Assembly (NCBI GenBank): GCA_003222205.1
Contig: QHVC01000116.1
Location: 1-51,554 of the forward strand
Direction of reading: 5' to 3'
Source: Gemmatimonadota bacterium
GTDB lineage: Bacteria; Gemmatimonadota; Gemmatimonadetes; Gemmatimonadales; GWC2-71-9
DNA length: 51,554 nt
A program made the position numbers and the translations under genes. Under the pieces are notes generated by a model. The model did no database searches. It was not told where the DNA came from and worked only from the letters and a program-made list of their open reading frames with translations. Each line of letters opens with the position of its first letter. The first letter of the stretch is position 1. Below are positions 24,977 to 33,432 of the stretch, one piece after another.

Positions 24977-26208
24977 CCCGCCTCCGCGAGCTCGACGGCC
25001 GCCGCGCCCGCCTCGTGGAAGATCGCGCGGAGCCGCGCGGCGGTGCGGCGGATATCGAAGTCCGTTTCCATGCGGCGGCGCGCCTGCGAGGCGACGCGCT
25101 CGCGCAGCGCTGGGTCGGTGAGGAACCGCTCCAGCGCCGCCGCCAGGGCGGCCGGGTCGTGCTCGGGCACAACGAGTCCCGCTTCGCCGGGGTTGAGCAG
25201 CTCCGGGATCCCCGTGACCGCGGTGCCGACGCAGGGAGTGCCGAGCGCCATGGCTTCCAACAGCACGGTCGGCAGGCCGTCGCGGTCGCCGTCCGGCCCC
25301 ACGACGCAGGGTGCCGCGAGCACGGCGGCGCTGCGGACGTGCTCGATCACTTCCCAGCGCGGGCGCGGGCCGACGAGCTGCACGAATCCTTCAAGACGGC
25401 GGCTCTGCACCAGCGCCTGCAACGCCGGCTCGAGCGGCCCGGTGCCGACGATCTCGCAACGGAACGCGAGACCGCGAGCGCGCAGGATGGCGCAAGCCTC
25501 GACGAGGTCCGCGAAGCCTTTCTTCTCTACCAGGCGACCGACGGCGGCGATCCGCGGCGACCGCTCCGCCGGGGACTCGTAGCAGAACTGCTCGAGGTCG
25601 AGGCCGTTGTAGATGCGCTGCACGCGCGCGGCGGCGGCGCCGTAGGCCTGGGTCAGGTAGTCCTGATTGTAATCGCTCACGGTGATGACGGCCGCGGCCT
25701 CCCCGAGCTTGCGGCGTAGATCCTCGGGCCGGACGCTCTCGTGGAAGATGTCCTTGGCGTGGGCGGTGAACGTATAGGGCACCTTCGCCCAGCGACTGGC
25801 CAGGCGGGTGACCGCGGCCGGGGCGCTCGCGAAGTGCGCGTGCAGGTGGCCGATCCCGCGCCGACGCACCTCGCAGGCGAGCACGGCGGCCTGGCAGACG
25901 GTCAGGGCCTCTTCGCCCCGCGCCGCCTCCAGCGCGCTCCACATGCCCGGCAAGGTGGCGGACGCGTCCTCGAGCGCAGCCCACAGGTCCACCGCCTTCA
26001 GGCCCTGCGACGGGAGGTAACAGACCGGCGCCCGCACGCGGGCGATGGCGTCCTGGAAATGGGTGTCGTTGGGCGGGAACAGCGAGAAGATTTCGACCTC
26101 CAGCCCGGCCGCCTCGTGGGCCGCAATCTCGGCGACGACGAACGTCTCGGAGTAGCGCGGGTAGCGCTTGGTCACATACCCGACGCGGAGCGGGGCGTCA
26201 CGCCACAT
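24973..26208 (-). CDS. glycosyltransferase family 4 (WcaL-like)
   Basis: RVGYVTKRYPRYSETFVVAEIAAHEAAGLEVEIFSL has a WcaL-like N-terminus. EX7E region DGDRDGLPTVLLEAMALGTPCVGTAVTGIPELL. Confidence 0.85.
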   Translation of the reverse strand: MWRDAPLRVGYVTKRYPRYSETFVVAEIAAHEAAGLEVEIFSLFPPNDTHFQDAIARVRAPVCYLPSQGLKAVDLWAALEDASATLPGMWSALEAARGEEALTVCQAAVLACEVRRRGIGHLHAHFASAPAAVTRLASRWAKVPYTFTAHAKDIFHESVRPEDLRRKLGEAAAVITVSDYNQDYLTQAYGAAAARVQRIYNGLDLEQFCYESPAERSPRIAAVGRLVEKKGFADLVEACAILRARGLAFRCEIVGTGPLEPALQALVQSRRLEGFVQLVGPRPRWEVIEHVRSAAVLAAPCVVGPDGDRDGLPTVLLEAMALGTPCVGTAVTGIPELLNPGEAGLVVPEHDPAALAAALERFLTDPALRERVASQARRRMETDFDIRRTAARLRAIFHEAGAAAVELAEAG

Positions 26209-27445
26209 GATGGACCTCGGCGCGGAACCGGCGGCGCGGGGACATGCGTGGCCGGAAGCCGAGGAGATCTTCCAGCAATCGCGGCACGCGACTCAGGCCG
26301 TTGAAATCGATGTGCTGCCGCGCCGGTCGCACCGGGGTCCGGCCGCGGGCGAGCCAGTCAGTCAGGGCCGCCGGACTCAACGCTTCCGGGTGCAGCACCT
26401 CCAGGAGCCCCAGCGCCTGCATGCGCTCGGCACGGATGAGTTGCTCGCGCCGCGGCTTCACCCGGGGCACGATCAGAGCGGGCTTGCCGAACGACAGGAC
26501 CTCGCACACCGTGTTGTAGCCGCCCATGGCTACGACCTGATCCGCCGTGCGCAGCAGCCGCGTCGGCTCGCTCATGAACGACACGACGCGTCGGCCGGGA
26601 CGTTGCGCGGCGCGTCGAGCCAGACGCCGCCGCACCGGGTCGGGCATGGACGGCCCCGTGATCAGCACGCCGTTCGTGTCGGGCGGGAGCTCCGCACCCT
26701 CGAAGGCCTGCGCGAGCGCCGCGCCGTCCTGCCCGCCCCCCACCAGGCACAGCGCGAGCCGACCGGGCGATAACCCCAGCGCCGCGATTGTGTCAGGCCC
26801 GCCGTCTTCCTCCCCCCCGAACGTGAGCCTTAGGCGCTGATCGAGGTAGCCGGTGTAGCGCGCCTTGGCTGCCACGTCGGGGGCGAAGGCATACTCGCGC
26901 ACCGGGTCGTACACGGCGGGGTCCCCGTACACCCACACGGCGTCGTAGTAGCGGCGGACGGCTTCCTGGTTCTGTGCGCTGGCCCACTCGCGCTGCAGCG
27001 TCACCGGGTCATCAAGCACATCCCGCAAGCCGAGCACGACCCGCGTGCGGCGCCGGTCGCGCAACGTCTCCAGGACGGGGTCGAGCTCGCGCAGGGCTCC
27101 CCGCGGCACGTTGTCCACGATCAGCACGTCCGGCGCGAAGGCCTCAAGCGCGCCACATGCCGTCTTCGCCCGCAACGTCAGCAGGTCGGCGAGGGAGACC
27201 TCGAGATGCCGGGGGTGGTACTGCCCGTGTTCGTCCTTGCGCAGCGAGGGCAAGGACACACAATCCACGCCGGCGGCTGCGGTCAGGAGGCTCGCCTCCC
27301 GTGCGCCGGCGATCATCAGCACGACGGCGTGCAGCCGGGAGCGCTGGAGCGCCTGCGCCAGCAACAGGTTGCGGCGCATGTGCCCAAGCCCCATTGTGTC
27401 GTGGGAGTAGAATGCAACGCGACACCTGGGAGTCGGCATCGACAT
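26198..27445 (-). CDS. GT-B glycosyltransferase with a MurG/GT28-like C-terminal domain (COG4671-like); first gene of the operon
   Basis: ATG at residue 70 of ORF 26198..27652 (MSMPTPRCRVAFYSHDTMGLGHMRRNLLLAQAL). C-terminal ADQVVAMGGYNTVCEVLSFGKPALIVPR. A second ATG at 27439 is also possible. The 3' end overlaps the next gene by 11 nt. Confidence 0.75.
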   Translation of the reverse strand: MSMPTPRCRVAFYSHDTMGLGHMRRNLLLAQALQRSRLHAVVLMIAGAREASLLTAAAGVDCVSLPSLRKDEHGQYHPRHLEVSLADLLTLRAKTACGALEAFAPDVLIVDNVPRGALRELDPVLETLRDRRRTRVVLGLRDVLDDPVTLQREWASAQNQEAVRRYYDAVWVYGDPAVYDPVREYAFAPDVAAKARYTGYLDQRLRLTFGGEEDGGPDTIAALGLSPGRLALCLVGGGQDGAALAQAFEGAELPPDTNGVLITGPSMPDPVRRRLARRAAQRPGRRVVSFMSEPTRLLRTADQVVAMGGYNTVCEVLSFGKPALIVPRVKPRREQLIRAERMQALGLLEVLHPEALSPAALTDWLARGRTPVRPARQHIDFNGLSRVPRLLEDLLGFRPRMSPRRRFRAEVHHVA

Positions 27446-27732
27446 ATCCCCATCAGGCAATGGGCGACCTAGCAGTCGTCGGCGAGAATCCCCAGGCGGG
27501 CGCCGGATCAGCGAGGATTGTACGCACCGCATCGGTGCGGGCACGCGACCGACTACCAACGAATGGCTGCGACGAGCGACGGAAAACGAAGTCCGCGGTA
27601 GAGCGACATGCACCAGCTTGGCACTACCAACAAAGGACGCCCGTCGTCCCATGGAAGTAACGAGTACCGCGTGGGCGCTTCGGTGACTCCCCTCACCCGC
27701 CTTTGGGTCGGTGGATACTGTAGGAAAAGGAT

Positions 27733-27750
27733 GTCAACCCGCCGTCAACC
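27733..27750 (+). promoter_or_regulatory. direct repeat GTCAACC-N4-GTCAACC (11-bp phasing); candidate winged-helix response-regulator site
   Basis: Read directly at 27733-27739 and 27744-27750, about 80 nt upstream of the Mo-oxidoreductase start. The 7+4+7 architecture matches that of PhoB/OmpR-type boxes. No experimental support. Confidence 0.25.
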
Positions 27751-27828
27751 ACGCCTACGACAGGAAAGGAACCGACCGGGTGCGAGCCGATGACTCGAGG
27801 AGAAGCACGAGATGATGGAGCGCGGGTC

Positions 27829-28461
27829 ATGACCGTCGTTGATCGCGTCCCCCCAGGCCAGGTAGTGACCGCGAAGTGGCCCGTGCTGCACTACGGCAAC
27901 GTCCCGCGCGTCGACACCAGCGCGTGGACGTTCGCAGTCTCGGGCCTCGTGGAGCGCCCGTACTCGATCAGTTACGACGAGCTGCTGACGCTGCCCCGCA
28001 AGACGGTGACGTGCGACATCCACTGCGTCACGACGTGGAGCCGGCTCGACAACACCTTTGAAGGCGTTCCAGTGCGACTGCTGCTCGAGCGAGCGGGGGT
28101 GAAGTCCGAGGCGAGGTACTGCCTGGTGCTCGCTGAGCAAGACTTCACGACGAACCTGCCGCTGGCCGATCTCGACCGATCCGACAACCTGGTCGCCTTC
28201 AAGTGGGGCGGTGAGTGGCTCACCCCCGAGCACGGCTGGCCGGCGCGCCTGCTGGTGCCGCACCTGTACTTCTGGAAGAGCGCGAAGTGGGTGCGCGGGT
28301 TCGAGCTGCTGGCGGACGACATGCCCGGGTTCTGGGAGCAGAACGGGTATCACATGCGCGGCGACCCATGGACCGAAGAGCGCTACGGCGGCCGGGGGCT
28401 GACGCAGCACGAGATCAACAGACTGCGAAACCGTAGCAAAAAGGGGGGCGTGGGGACGTAG
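27829..28461 (+). CDS. sulfite-oxidase-like molybdopterin-binding oxidoreductase (single-domain)
   Basis: WTFAVSGLVERPYSISYDELLTLPRKTVTCDIHCVTTWSRLDNTFEGV, with the Mo-ligand Cys context. HGWPARLLVPHLYFWKSAKWVRGFELL. ATG at 27829; the track start 27790 is also possible. Confidence 0.85.
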   Translation: MTVVDRVPPGQVVTAKWPVLHYGNVPRVDTSAWTFAVSGLVERPYSISYDELLTLPRKTVTCDIHCVTTWSRLDNTFEGVPVRLLLERAGVKSEARYCLVLAEQDFTTNLPLADLDRSDNLVAFKWGGEWLTPEHGWPARLLVPHLYFWKSAKWVRGFELLADDMPGFWEQNGYHMRGDPWTEERYGGRGLTQHEINRLRNRSKKGGVGT

Positions 28462-28507
28462 GGACGTGGGCTGTCGAGCCGCAACGCCCACATCCCCCCG
28501 TCCCTAC
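28450..28507. repeat. 8-nt phased inverted arrays (GTGGGGAC GTAGGGAC GTGGGC ... GCCCAC ATCCCCCC GTCCCTAC) spanning two convergent stop codons; candidate bidirectional terminator or G-quadruplex motif
   Basis: GTAGGGAC (28458-28465) pairs with GTCCCTAC (28500-28507). GTGGGC (28466-28471) pairs with GCCCAC (28486-28491). The + strand at 28443-28470 reads GGGGGGcgtGGGGacgtaGGGacgtGGG, four G-tracts with 3-5 nt loops. Confidence 0.6.
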
Positions 28508-29832
28508 GCCGTTCCTAGTAGCTCGTAAAACCTCCGAAACACCTTGATTCCGTCCCATAGCTGCTTCACGTCCAGCTTCTCATCCGGCGCGTGGAGCCGA
28601 TCGTCGGGGAGGCCGATCCCCGTGAGCAGGATCGGTGCGCCGCCCTTGGCGAGCGCGGGCACGACCGGGATCGAGCCGCCCGCGCGCGCCGGGACCGTCC
28701 CCCGCCCCACCGTCTCTTTGAACGCCTGATCGAGCAGCGCGAAGATGGGATGATCGAGTTTGATCTGCGCAGGGTCGGACCCGTGCAGGAACTCCACGCG
28801 GGCGTCCACGTAGCGAGACGCGAGTTTCTTGACCGCCGCGGCGAGCTGGCGCTGTACGGCCTTGAGCTGCTGATCGGGCACGAGGCGCAGGCTCACCTTG
28901 GCCGTGGCCTCGGCGGGGATCACCGTTTTGGCCCCGGTGCCTGTGAAGCCGCCGGTGATCCCGTGGATCTCGAAGGTCGGCAGGGCCCAGAGGCGTTCCA
29001 ACACCGAATACCCCTTGAGCCCCGTCAGCGCCCTCGCCCGCACCCGGCGTTTCAGGAAGTCCGCGTCTCTGAACGGCAGCTTGCGCCACGTGGCCCGCTC
29101 GGCGCGGGACGGGGGCCGCACTGCCGCGTACAGCCCCGGCACGTGGATTTTCCCGTCGGGCGTCTTGAGACGGGTGAGGAGCCGGCACAGCTCTTCGTGC
29201 GCATTCGGTGCCGCGCCCCCGTACTCCCCTGAATGCAGGTCGGACTTGGCGGTGCGCACGGTGATCTCCGCGTAGCAGATGCCGCGGAGCGTCGAGTACA
29301 CGGCCGGCCAGCCAGGCGCGATGTACGCCATGTCCGCGACCAGCACGGCGTCCGCGCGCAGGCGCTCCGGCTCGCGCTCCAGGACGTCGAAGAGGACCTG
29401 GCTGCCGAACTCTTCTTCGCCTTCGATGAGGAAGCGGAAGTTGACGGGCGGGCGCCCGCTCTCGGCCATCGCTTTGAGGAGGCAGAAGACCTGCCCCTTG
29501 TCGTCGGCGGCGCCGCGCGCGTACAGGCGCCCGTCGCGGAGCGCCGGCTCGAACGGCGGCGACGTCCATTCGTCCAGCGGGTCGGGCGGCTGGACGTCGT
29601 AGTGACCGTAGAGGAGCAGCGTCGGGGCACCGGGCACTTCCGGCCCCCGGCCCCAGACGACGGGATGCGTGTCGCTGCCGAGGAATCGGATGTCGTGGCC
29701 GCCGAGCCCGCGCAGCTCTGCCGCGACCCACTCCGCCGCGCGCCGGCAGTCCGCATCGTGCGCGGGGAGAGTCGAGACGGACGGGATGCGGAGAAACGCC
29801 GAGAGCTCGGCGAGCAGTCGCTCGTGATTCAT
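28504..29832 (-). CDS. M20 family dipeptidase / peptidase
   Basis: ATG at 29832 (MNHERLLAELSAFLRIPSVST...). LLLYGHYDVQPPDPLDEWTSPPFEP...LYARGAADDKGQ. FLIEGEEEFGS. Confidence 0.9.
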   Translation of the reverse strand: MNHERLLAELSAFLRIPSVSTLPAHDADCRRAAEWVAAELRGLGGHDIRFLGSDTHPVVWGRGPEVPGAPTLLLYGHYDVQPPDPLDEWTSPPFEPALRDGRLYARGAADDKGQVFCLLKAMAESGRPPVNFRFLIEGEEEFGSQVLFDVLEREPERLRADAVLVADMAYIAPGWPAVYSTLRGICYAEITVRTAKSDLHSGEYGGAAPNAHEELCRLLTRLKTPDGKIHVPGLYAAVRPPSRAERATWRKLPFRDADFLKRRVRARALTGLKGYSVLERLWALPTFEIHGITGGFTGTGAKTVIPAEATAKVSLRLVPDQQLKAVQRQLAAAVKKLASRYVDARVEFLHGSDPAQIKLDHPIFALLDQAFKETVGRGTVPARAGGSIPVVPALAKGGAPILLTGIGLPDDRLHAPDEKLDVKQLWDGIKVFRRFYELLGTA

Positions 29833-29898
29833 GGCGCGAACAAGATAGACGGCGCGACCTCGGCTAGCCAGCGATGCGGTCAGGCGTAGATTAGCGCC

Positions 29899-31026
29899 AT
29901 GCGGACGACCGCGTCCTACGATCTGTTTCCGGACGCACCCAGCGAGCGGGCGATGGCGCGCGCGCGCTGGCTCGCCCGCGAGGGCCGCGTCGCCGACGCG
30001 GAGGACGCCTACCGCGGCGTCCTCGCTACACACCCCGATCTCAAGGCCTGCTGGGCCGAGTACTTCGAGCTGCTGCGCCGCAGTGGGCGTCGCGACGACG
30101 CCCTGCAGCTCGCCGGCCGGGCGCTCGCGCAATTCGGCGCGACCGGCTTCGCGCTCGCCCTCGAGGGCGCGGCGCTGATGGAGCTGGAGCGCATTCCCGA
30201 CGCCCTGGCGTCGTTGGAACGCGCCGCCGAGGCCGACCCCGACCTCGCGCTCGTGTGGCACGAGCTCGGCGTCGCGGCCTGGAAGCTCGGCGACGGCAAC
30301 CGTGCGCTGCTCGCGCTGGACCGAGCGTTCGCCCTCGAGCCCCACACCGAGACGCTGCGACTCCGGGGCCGCATCCTTCGCGCCGCGGGACGCTACCCGG
30401 CTGCGGAGGTCGCGTTCGAGGGCGCGGCGCAGGCCGCCGAACATCCGGAGCAGCGCGAGGAGGCGGAGCGGGAGATCCTGGCGACTCGCCGCTACGCCTT
30501 CTACGCCCCGCGCCGGCCGGACCAGCTCGCTCCCGCCGAGGAGTGGTTCGCCCAGACCGGCGTCGCGGTGCTCGCGCCCGACCCCGGTCCGGTCGCGCCG
30601 AGCGACGACACGCTGGTGGCGACCCTGCTCGAGGTGGCCGGCGACCGCGGCTGGCAGGTCGGGCAGATCGTCGTGGTGGGACCCTCGTTGCCGGTGTGGA
30701 ACCGACTCGCCGAGGCGTGGGACACGCCGCTCGTCGGCCGGACGGGGCTCGATCCCCGGACCGCACCGCTCGTCGTGGCGCTGCGGCCGCTGCCCGCCGA
30801 CGCGGCGTGGCAGCAGGCCGTGCGGACCGTCGAGGACCACCAGAGCGGCCTCGTGTTCGTCCTGGAGCACCCCGCGGAGCTGACGGCGCCGCCCCAGGCC
30901 GACGTCGTCGGCGTGCTCACCGACTTGGGGGTCCGCCGCGAGCGGATGCCCAACCCCGTGCAGGCGATGACCGAAGTCCAGCATCCGGCGGCCCGGGCTG
31001 CCGGCAGGCGCCTGCATCCCGTCTGA
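29899..31026 (+). CDS. TPR-repeat protein with an uncharacterised C-terminal domain
   Basis: The N-terminal half has about 5 TPR-like helical pairs (AEDAYRGVLATHPDLKACWAEYFELL..., ALASLERAAEADPDLALVWHELGVAAWKLGD..., ALLALDRAFALEPHT...). I recognise nothing in the C-terminal 170 aa. Confidence 0.7.
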   Translation: MRTTASYDLFPDAPSERAMARARWLAREGRVADAEDAYRGVLATHPDLKACWAEYFELLRRSGRRDDALQLAGRALAQFGATGFALALEGAALMELERIPDALASLERAAEADPDLALVWHELGVAAWKLGDGNRALLALDRAFALEPHTETLRLRGRILRAAGRYPAAEVAFEGAAQAAEHPEQREEAEREILATRRYAFYAPRRPDQLAPAEEWFAQTGVAVLAPDPGPVAPSDDTLVATLLEVAGDRGWQVGQIVVVGPSLPVWNRLAEAWDTPLVGRTGLDPRTAPLVVALRPLPADAAWQQAVRTVEDHQSGLVFVLEHPAELTAPPQADVVGVLTDLGVRRERMPNPVQAMTEVQHPAARAAGRRLHPV

Positions 31027-31054
31027 CCCTGCGCCCGAACCCCGGAGATCGTTC

Positions 31055-32314
31055 GTGACCGCGCCCGCCCGTGCCCCGATGTCGGGCAAGGCCATTGCCC
31101 ATAGCCAGTTCGACCGCGCCGCCAACCTCATCAACCTCGAGAGCTACCTGCGGCGCATCCTGCTCGCCCCGTTCCGCGAAGTGCAGGTGGAGGTGCCGGT
31201 GCGGATGGACGACGGCCACATCGAGGTGTTCACCGGCTACCGCATCCAGCACAACGGCGCGCGGGGGCCGTGCAAGGGCGGCATCCGCTACCACCCGGAG
31301 GCCGACCACGACGAGGTGTTGGGACTGGCCACCATCATGACGTGGAAGACCGCGCTCATGGACATTCCCTTCGGCGGGGCCAAGGGCGGCGTGCAGGTGG
31401 ATCCCAAACTGCTGTCGCAACTCGAGCTCGAGCGCTTGACCCGCCGCTTCACGCAGCGCATCGCGATCGTGCTGGGCCCGTACCGGGACATCCCGGCGCC
31501 GGACGTGAACACGAACGCGCAGGTCATGGCCTGGATCCTGGACGAGTACTCCAACCGTCAGGGCTACACCCCCGCGGTCGTGACCGGCAAACCCCTATCG
31601 CTGGGCGGTTCGTTGGGACGGGAAGAGGCGACAGGCCGCGGCGTGATGTACGTGATGGCGGAATACGCCCGGGACTTCGGCATCCCCCTCAAGGGCAGCC
31701 GCGTCGTGATCCAGGGCTTCGGCAACGTCGGGGGCCACCTCGCGCGGCTGCTCGACACGGAGGCGGGGGCCAAGGTGATCGCCGTGAGCGACGTGAACGG
31801 CGGCATCGTCAACGAGAGCGGCCTCGATATCCCCGGCCTGCTGGCGCACGCCGCGCAGAAGCAGCCCGTCTCCGAGTGGAAGGACGGCCGCGCGATCACC
31901 AACGACGAGCTGTGGGAGATCCCGTGCGACTGGCTGGTTCCGTGCGCCCTGGGCGGGGTGATCACCCGGGAGAGGAACGCGCGGTCGATCGACTGCAAGG
32001 TCGTGGTGGAGGGGGCGAACGAGCCGACGACACCCACCGCCGACTCGATCCTCGAGGAGCGGGGCATCCCCGTGATCCCCGACTTCCTCGCCAACGCGGG
32101 CGGCGTGACGGTGAGCTACTACGAGTGGGCGCAGAACCTCCAGCAGTACCGCTGGACGCATGAGCAGGTGAACAAGGAGCTCAAGGCGACGATCACCAAG
32201 GCCTATACGACGGTGCGGGACCTGGCCAAGCAGAAGGCGGCGACGTTCCGGACGGCGGCCTACGCGATCGCGCTGCAGCGGGTCGCGGAGGCGGAGCGGC
32301 TGCGCGGGAACTAG
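31055..32314 (+). CDS. gdhA: glutamate dehydrogenase (Glu/Leu/Phe/Val dehydrogenase family)
   Basis: GPCKGGIRYHP. Catalytic-Lys motif MDIPFGGAKGGV. Rossmann VVIQGFGNVGGHLARLL. Confidence 0.92.
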   Translation: MTAPARAPMSGKAIAHSQFDRAANLINLESYLRRILLAPFREVQVEVPVRMDDGHIEVFTGYRIQHNGARGPCKGGIRYHPEADHDEVLGLATIMTWKTALMDIPFGGAKGGVQVDPKLLSQLELERLTRRFTQRIAIVLGPYRDIPAPDVNTNAQVMAWILDEYSNRQGYTPAVVTGKPLSLGGSLGREEATGRGVMYVMAEYARDFGIPLKGSRVVIQGFGNVGGHLARLLDTEAGAKVIAVSDVNGGIVNESGLDIPGLLAHAAQKQPVSEWKDGRAITNDELWEIPCDWLVPCALGGVITRERNARSIDCKVVVEGANEPTTPTADSILEERGIPVIPDFLANAGGVTVSYYEWAQNLQQYRWTHEQVNKELKATITKAYTTVRDLAKQKAATFRTAAYAIALQRVAEAERLRGN

Positions 32315-33432
32315 TCGTCCGCCGGCAGGCCCGGCCGCGAGTACAGCGCCCGATAGGGATCGTGGTCGGGCTGGGTGAAGACGCGGATCTGGATGGCGCG
32401 GATGGTCTCCGCGAGGTCGGCGTTGTTCTGCAGGTAGATCTCGTCGAACAGGTTCAGGTCCATCCGATACAGCCGCTGGGCGATGACGACCGCGTTGTTG
32501 AGCGGCCCCTGCGCCAGCCAGCGCCAGTCGTACGTCTCCAGCGACTGCCCTACGGGGCCCTTCAGCTGATCGCGTGCCCAGCCGAAGATCACGGTGCGCG
32601 CGCGCCCCAGCTCCGCCGCCCCCAGCGGTTCGGCGTACGCCGAGTCGAGCCGGCGCGCCAGCTCCGCGTAGAACTGGTCGAGCGTGCGCTCGTCGCGCCA
32701 GCGCGCCACCGCGCGGCGCGCGTCGAGCGTGTCGCCGCGGGCGCGGAAGAACCGCTCGGCGCCGCGGTACCCCACGAACGTCGCGAAACTCTCGTCGAAC
32801 GGCGTCTGGCTCGGCACGTACAACGTGTTGTGCGCCAGCTCATGCAGTACCGTCGCCACCAGCTCCATCGTATCGCGATCGACCGCGGTCGAGAGCAGCG
32901 GGTCGCTGAAATAGCCGAGCGTCGAAAACGCCGCCGACGGGCGCAGGTAGGTGTCGTACCCCTCGTCCCCGAGCGCCCCGGCCTCGCGGCGGGCCCGGGC
33001 AAAGTCGAAGAACCCCTTGTAGGGCACCAGGCCGACGATCGGGAAGTGCCAGGTGTACTGCCGCAGCTTGTCCTTGCGGCTCGCCGAGAGCACGAGCAGC
33101 AGCGTGTCGCGGCCCACGCTCACATACGTCGTGTAGGTCTGCCCCGCGGCGAGGCGCAGCGAGTCGGCCGCGAACGCCCGCGCGGCGAGCACCAGGCGGA
33201 GGCGCTGCTTCAGAGCGTCCGACACGGCGGAGTCGGCGAGCAGCTTCGCGATCGGCCGGCGCCGCCACAGGATGCGCGCCTCTTCGAGTCCGGCCCGCGC
33301 CACGTACCGCGCGTCGGCGCTGAACGCCAGCGCCAGCCCGAACACCACGAGCACGCCGAGCATGCCGCCGAGCAGCACGCGCCGGACGATGCGCCCCCAC
33401 GCGGGACGGCGGCGTTCGGTCAGGGCGTCCAT
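32311..33432 (-). CDS. predicted zinc aminopeptidase (COG4324 / 'putative aminopeptidase' family), membrane-anchored
   Basis: ATG at 33432 (MDALTERRRPAWGRIVRRVLLGGMLGVLVVFGLALAF, a signal anchor). LVATVLHELAHNTLYVPSQTPFDESFATFVGYRGAERFF. Confidence 0.7.
   Translation of the reverse strand: MDALTERRRPAWGRIVRRVLLGGMLGVLVVFGLALAFSADARYVARAGLEEARILWRRRPIAKLLADSAVSDALKQRLRLVLAARAFAADSLRLAAGQTYTTYVSVGRDTLLLVLSASRKDKLRQYTWHFPIVGLVPYKGFFDFARARREAGALGDEGYDTYLRPSAAFSTLGYFSDPLLSTAVDRDTMELVATVLHELAHNTLYVPSQTPFDESFATFVGYRGAERFFRARGDTLDARRAVARWRDERTLDQFYAELARRLDSAYAEPLGAAELGRARTVIFGWARDQLKGPVGQSLETYDWRWLAQGPLNNAVVIAQRLYRMDLNLFDEIYLQNNADLAETIRAIQIRVFTQPDHDPYRALYSRPGLPADD

Noticed and set aside
22364-25582. 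1072-aa plus-strand ORF
   Set aside because: Antisense to the ABC exporter and two GT4 genes, all of which have clear catalytic motifs. It contains no recognisable domain.
27700-27828. Possible Moco riboswitch upstream of the molybdopterin oxidoreductase gene
   Set aside because: I looked for it because Moco RNA motifs precede some Mo-enzyme genes. Fragments such as GGAAAGG (27763-27769) and GAGCC are present. However, they are not in the order or helical context I recall for the Moco motif, and I cannot fold a convincing multi-stem structure by eye. A cmsearch with RF01055 would settle it.
29833-31134. Upper part of the 876-aa minus-strand ORF 28504..31134
   Set aside because: Antisense to the TPR protein gene. 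The M20 peptidase clearly begins at MNHERLL (ATG 29832).
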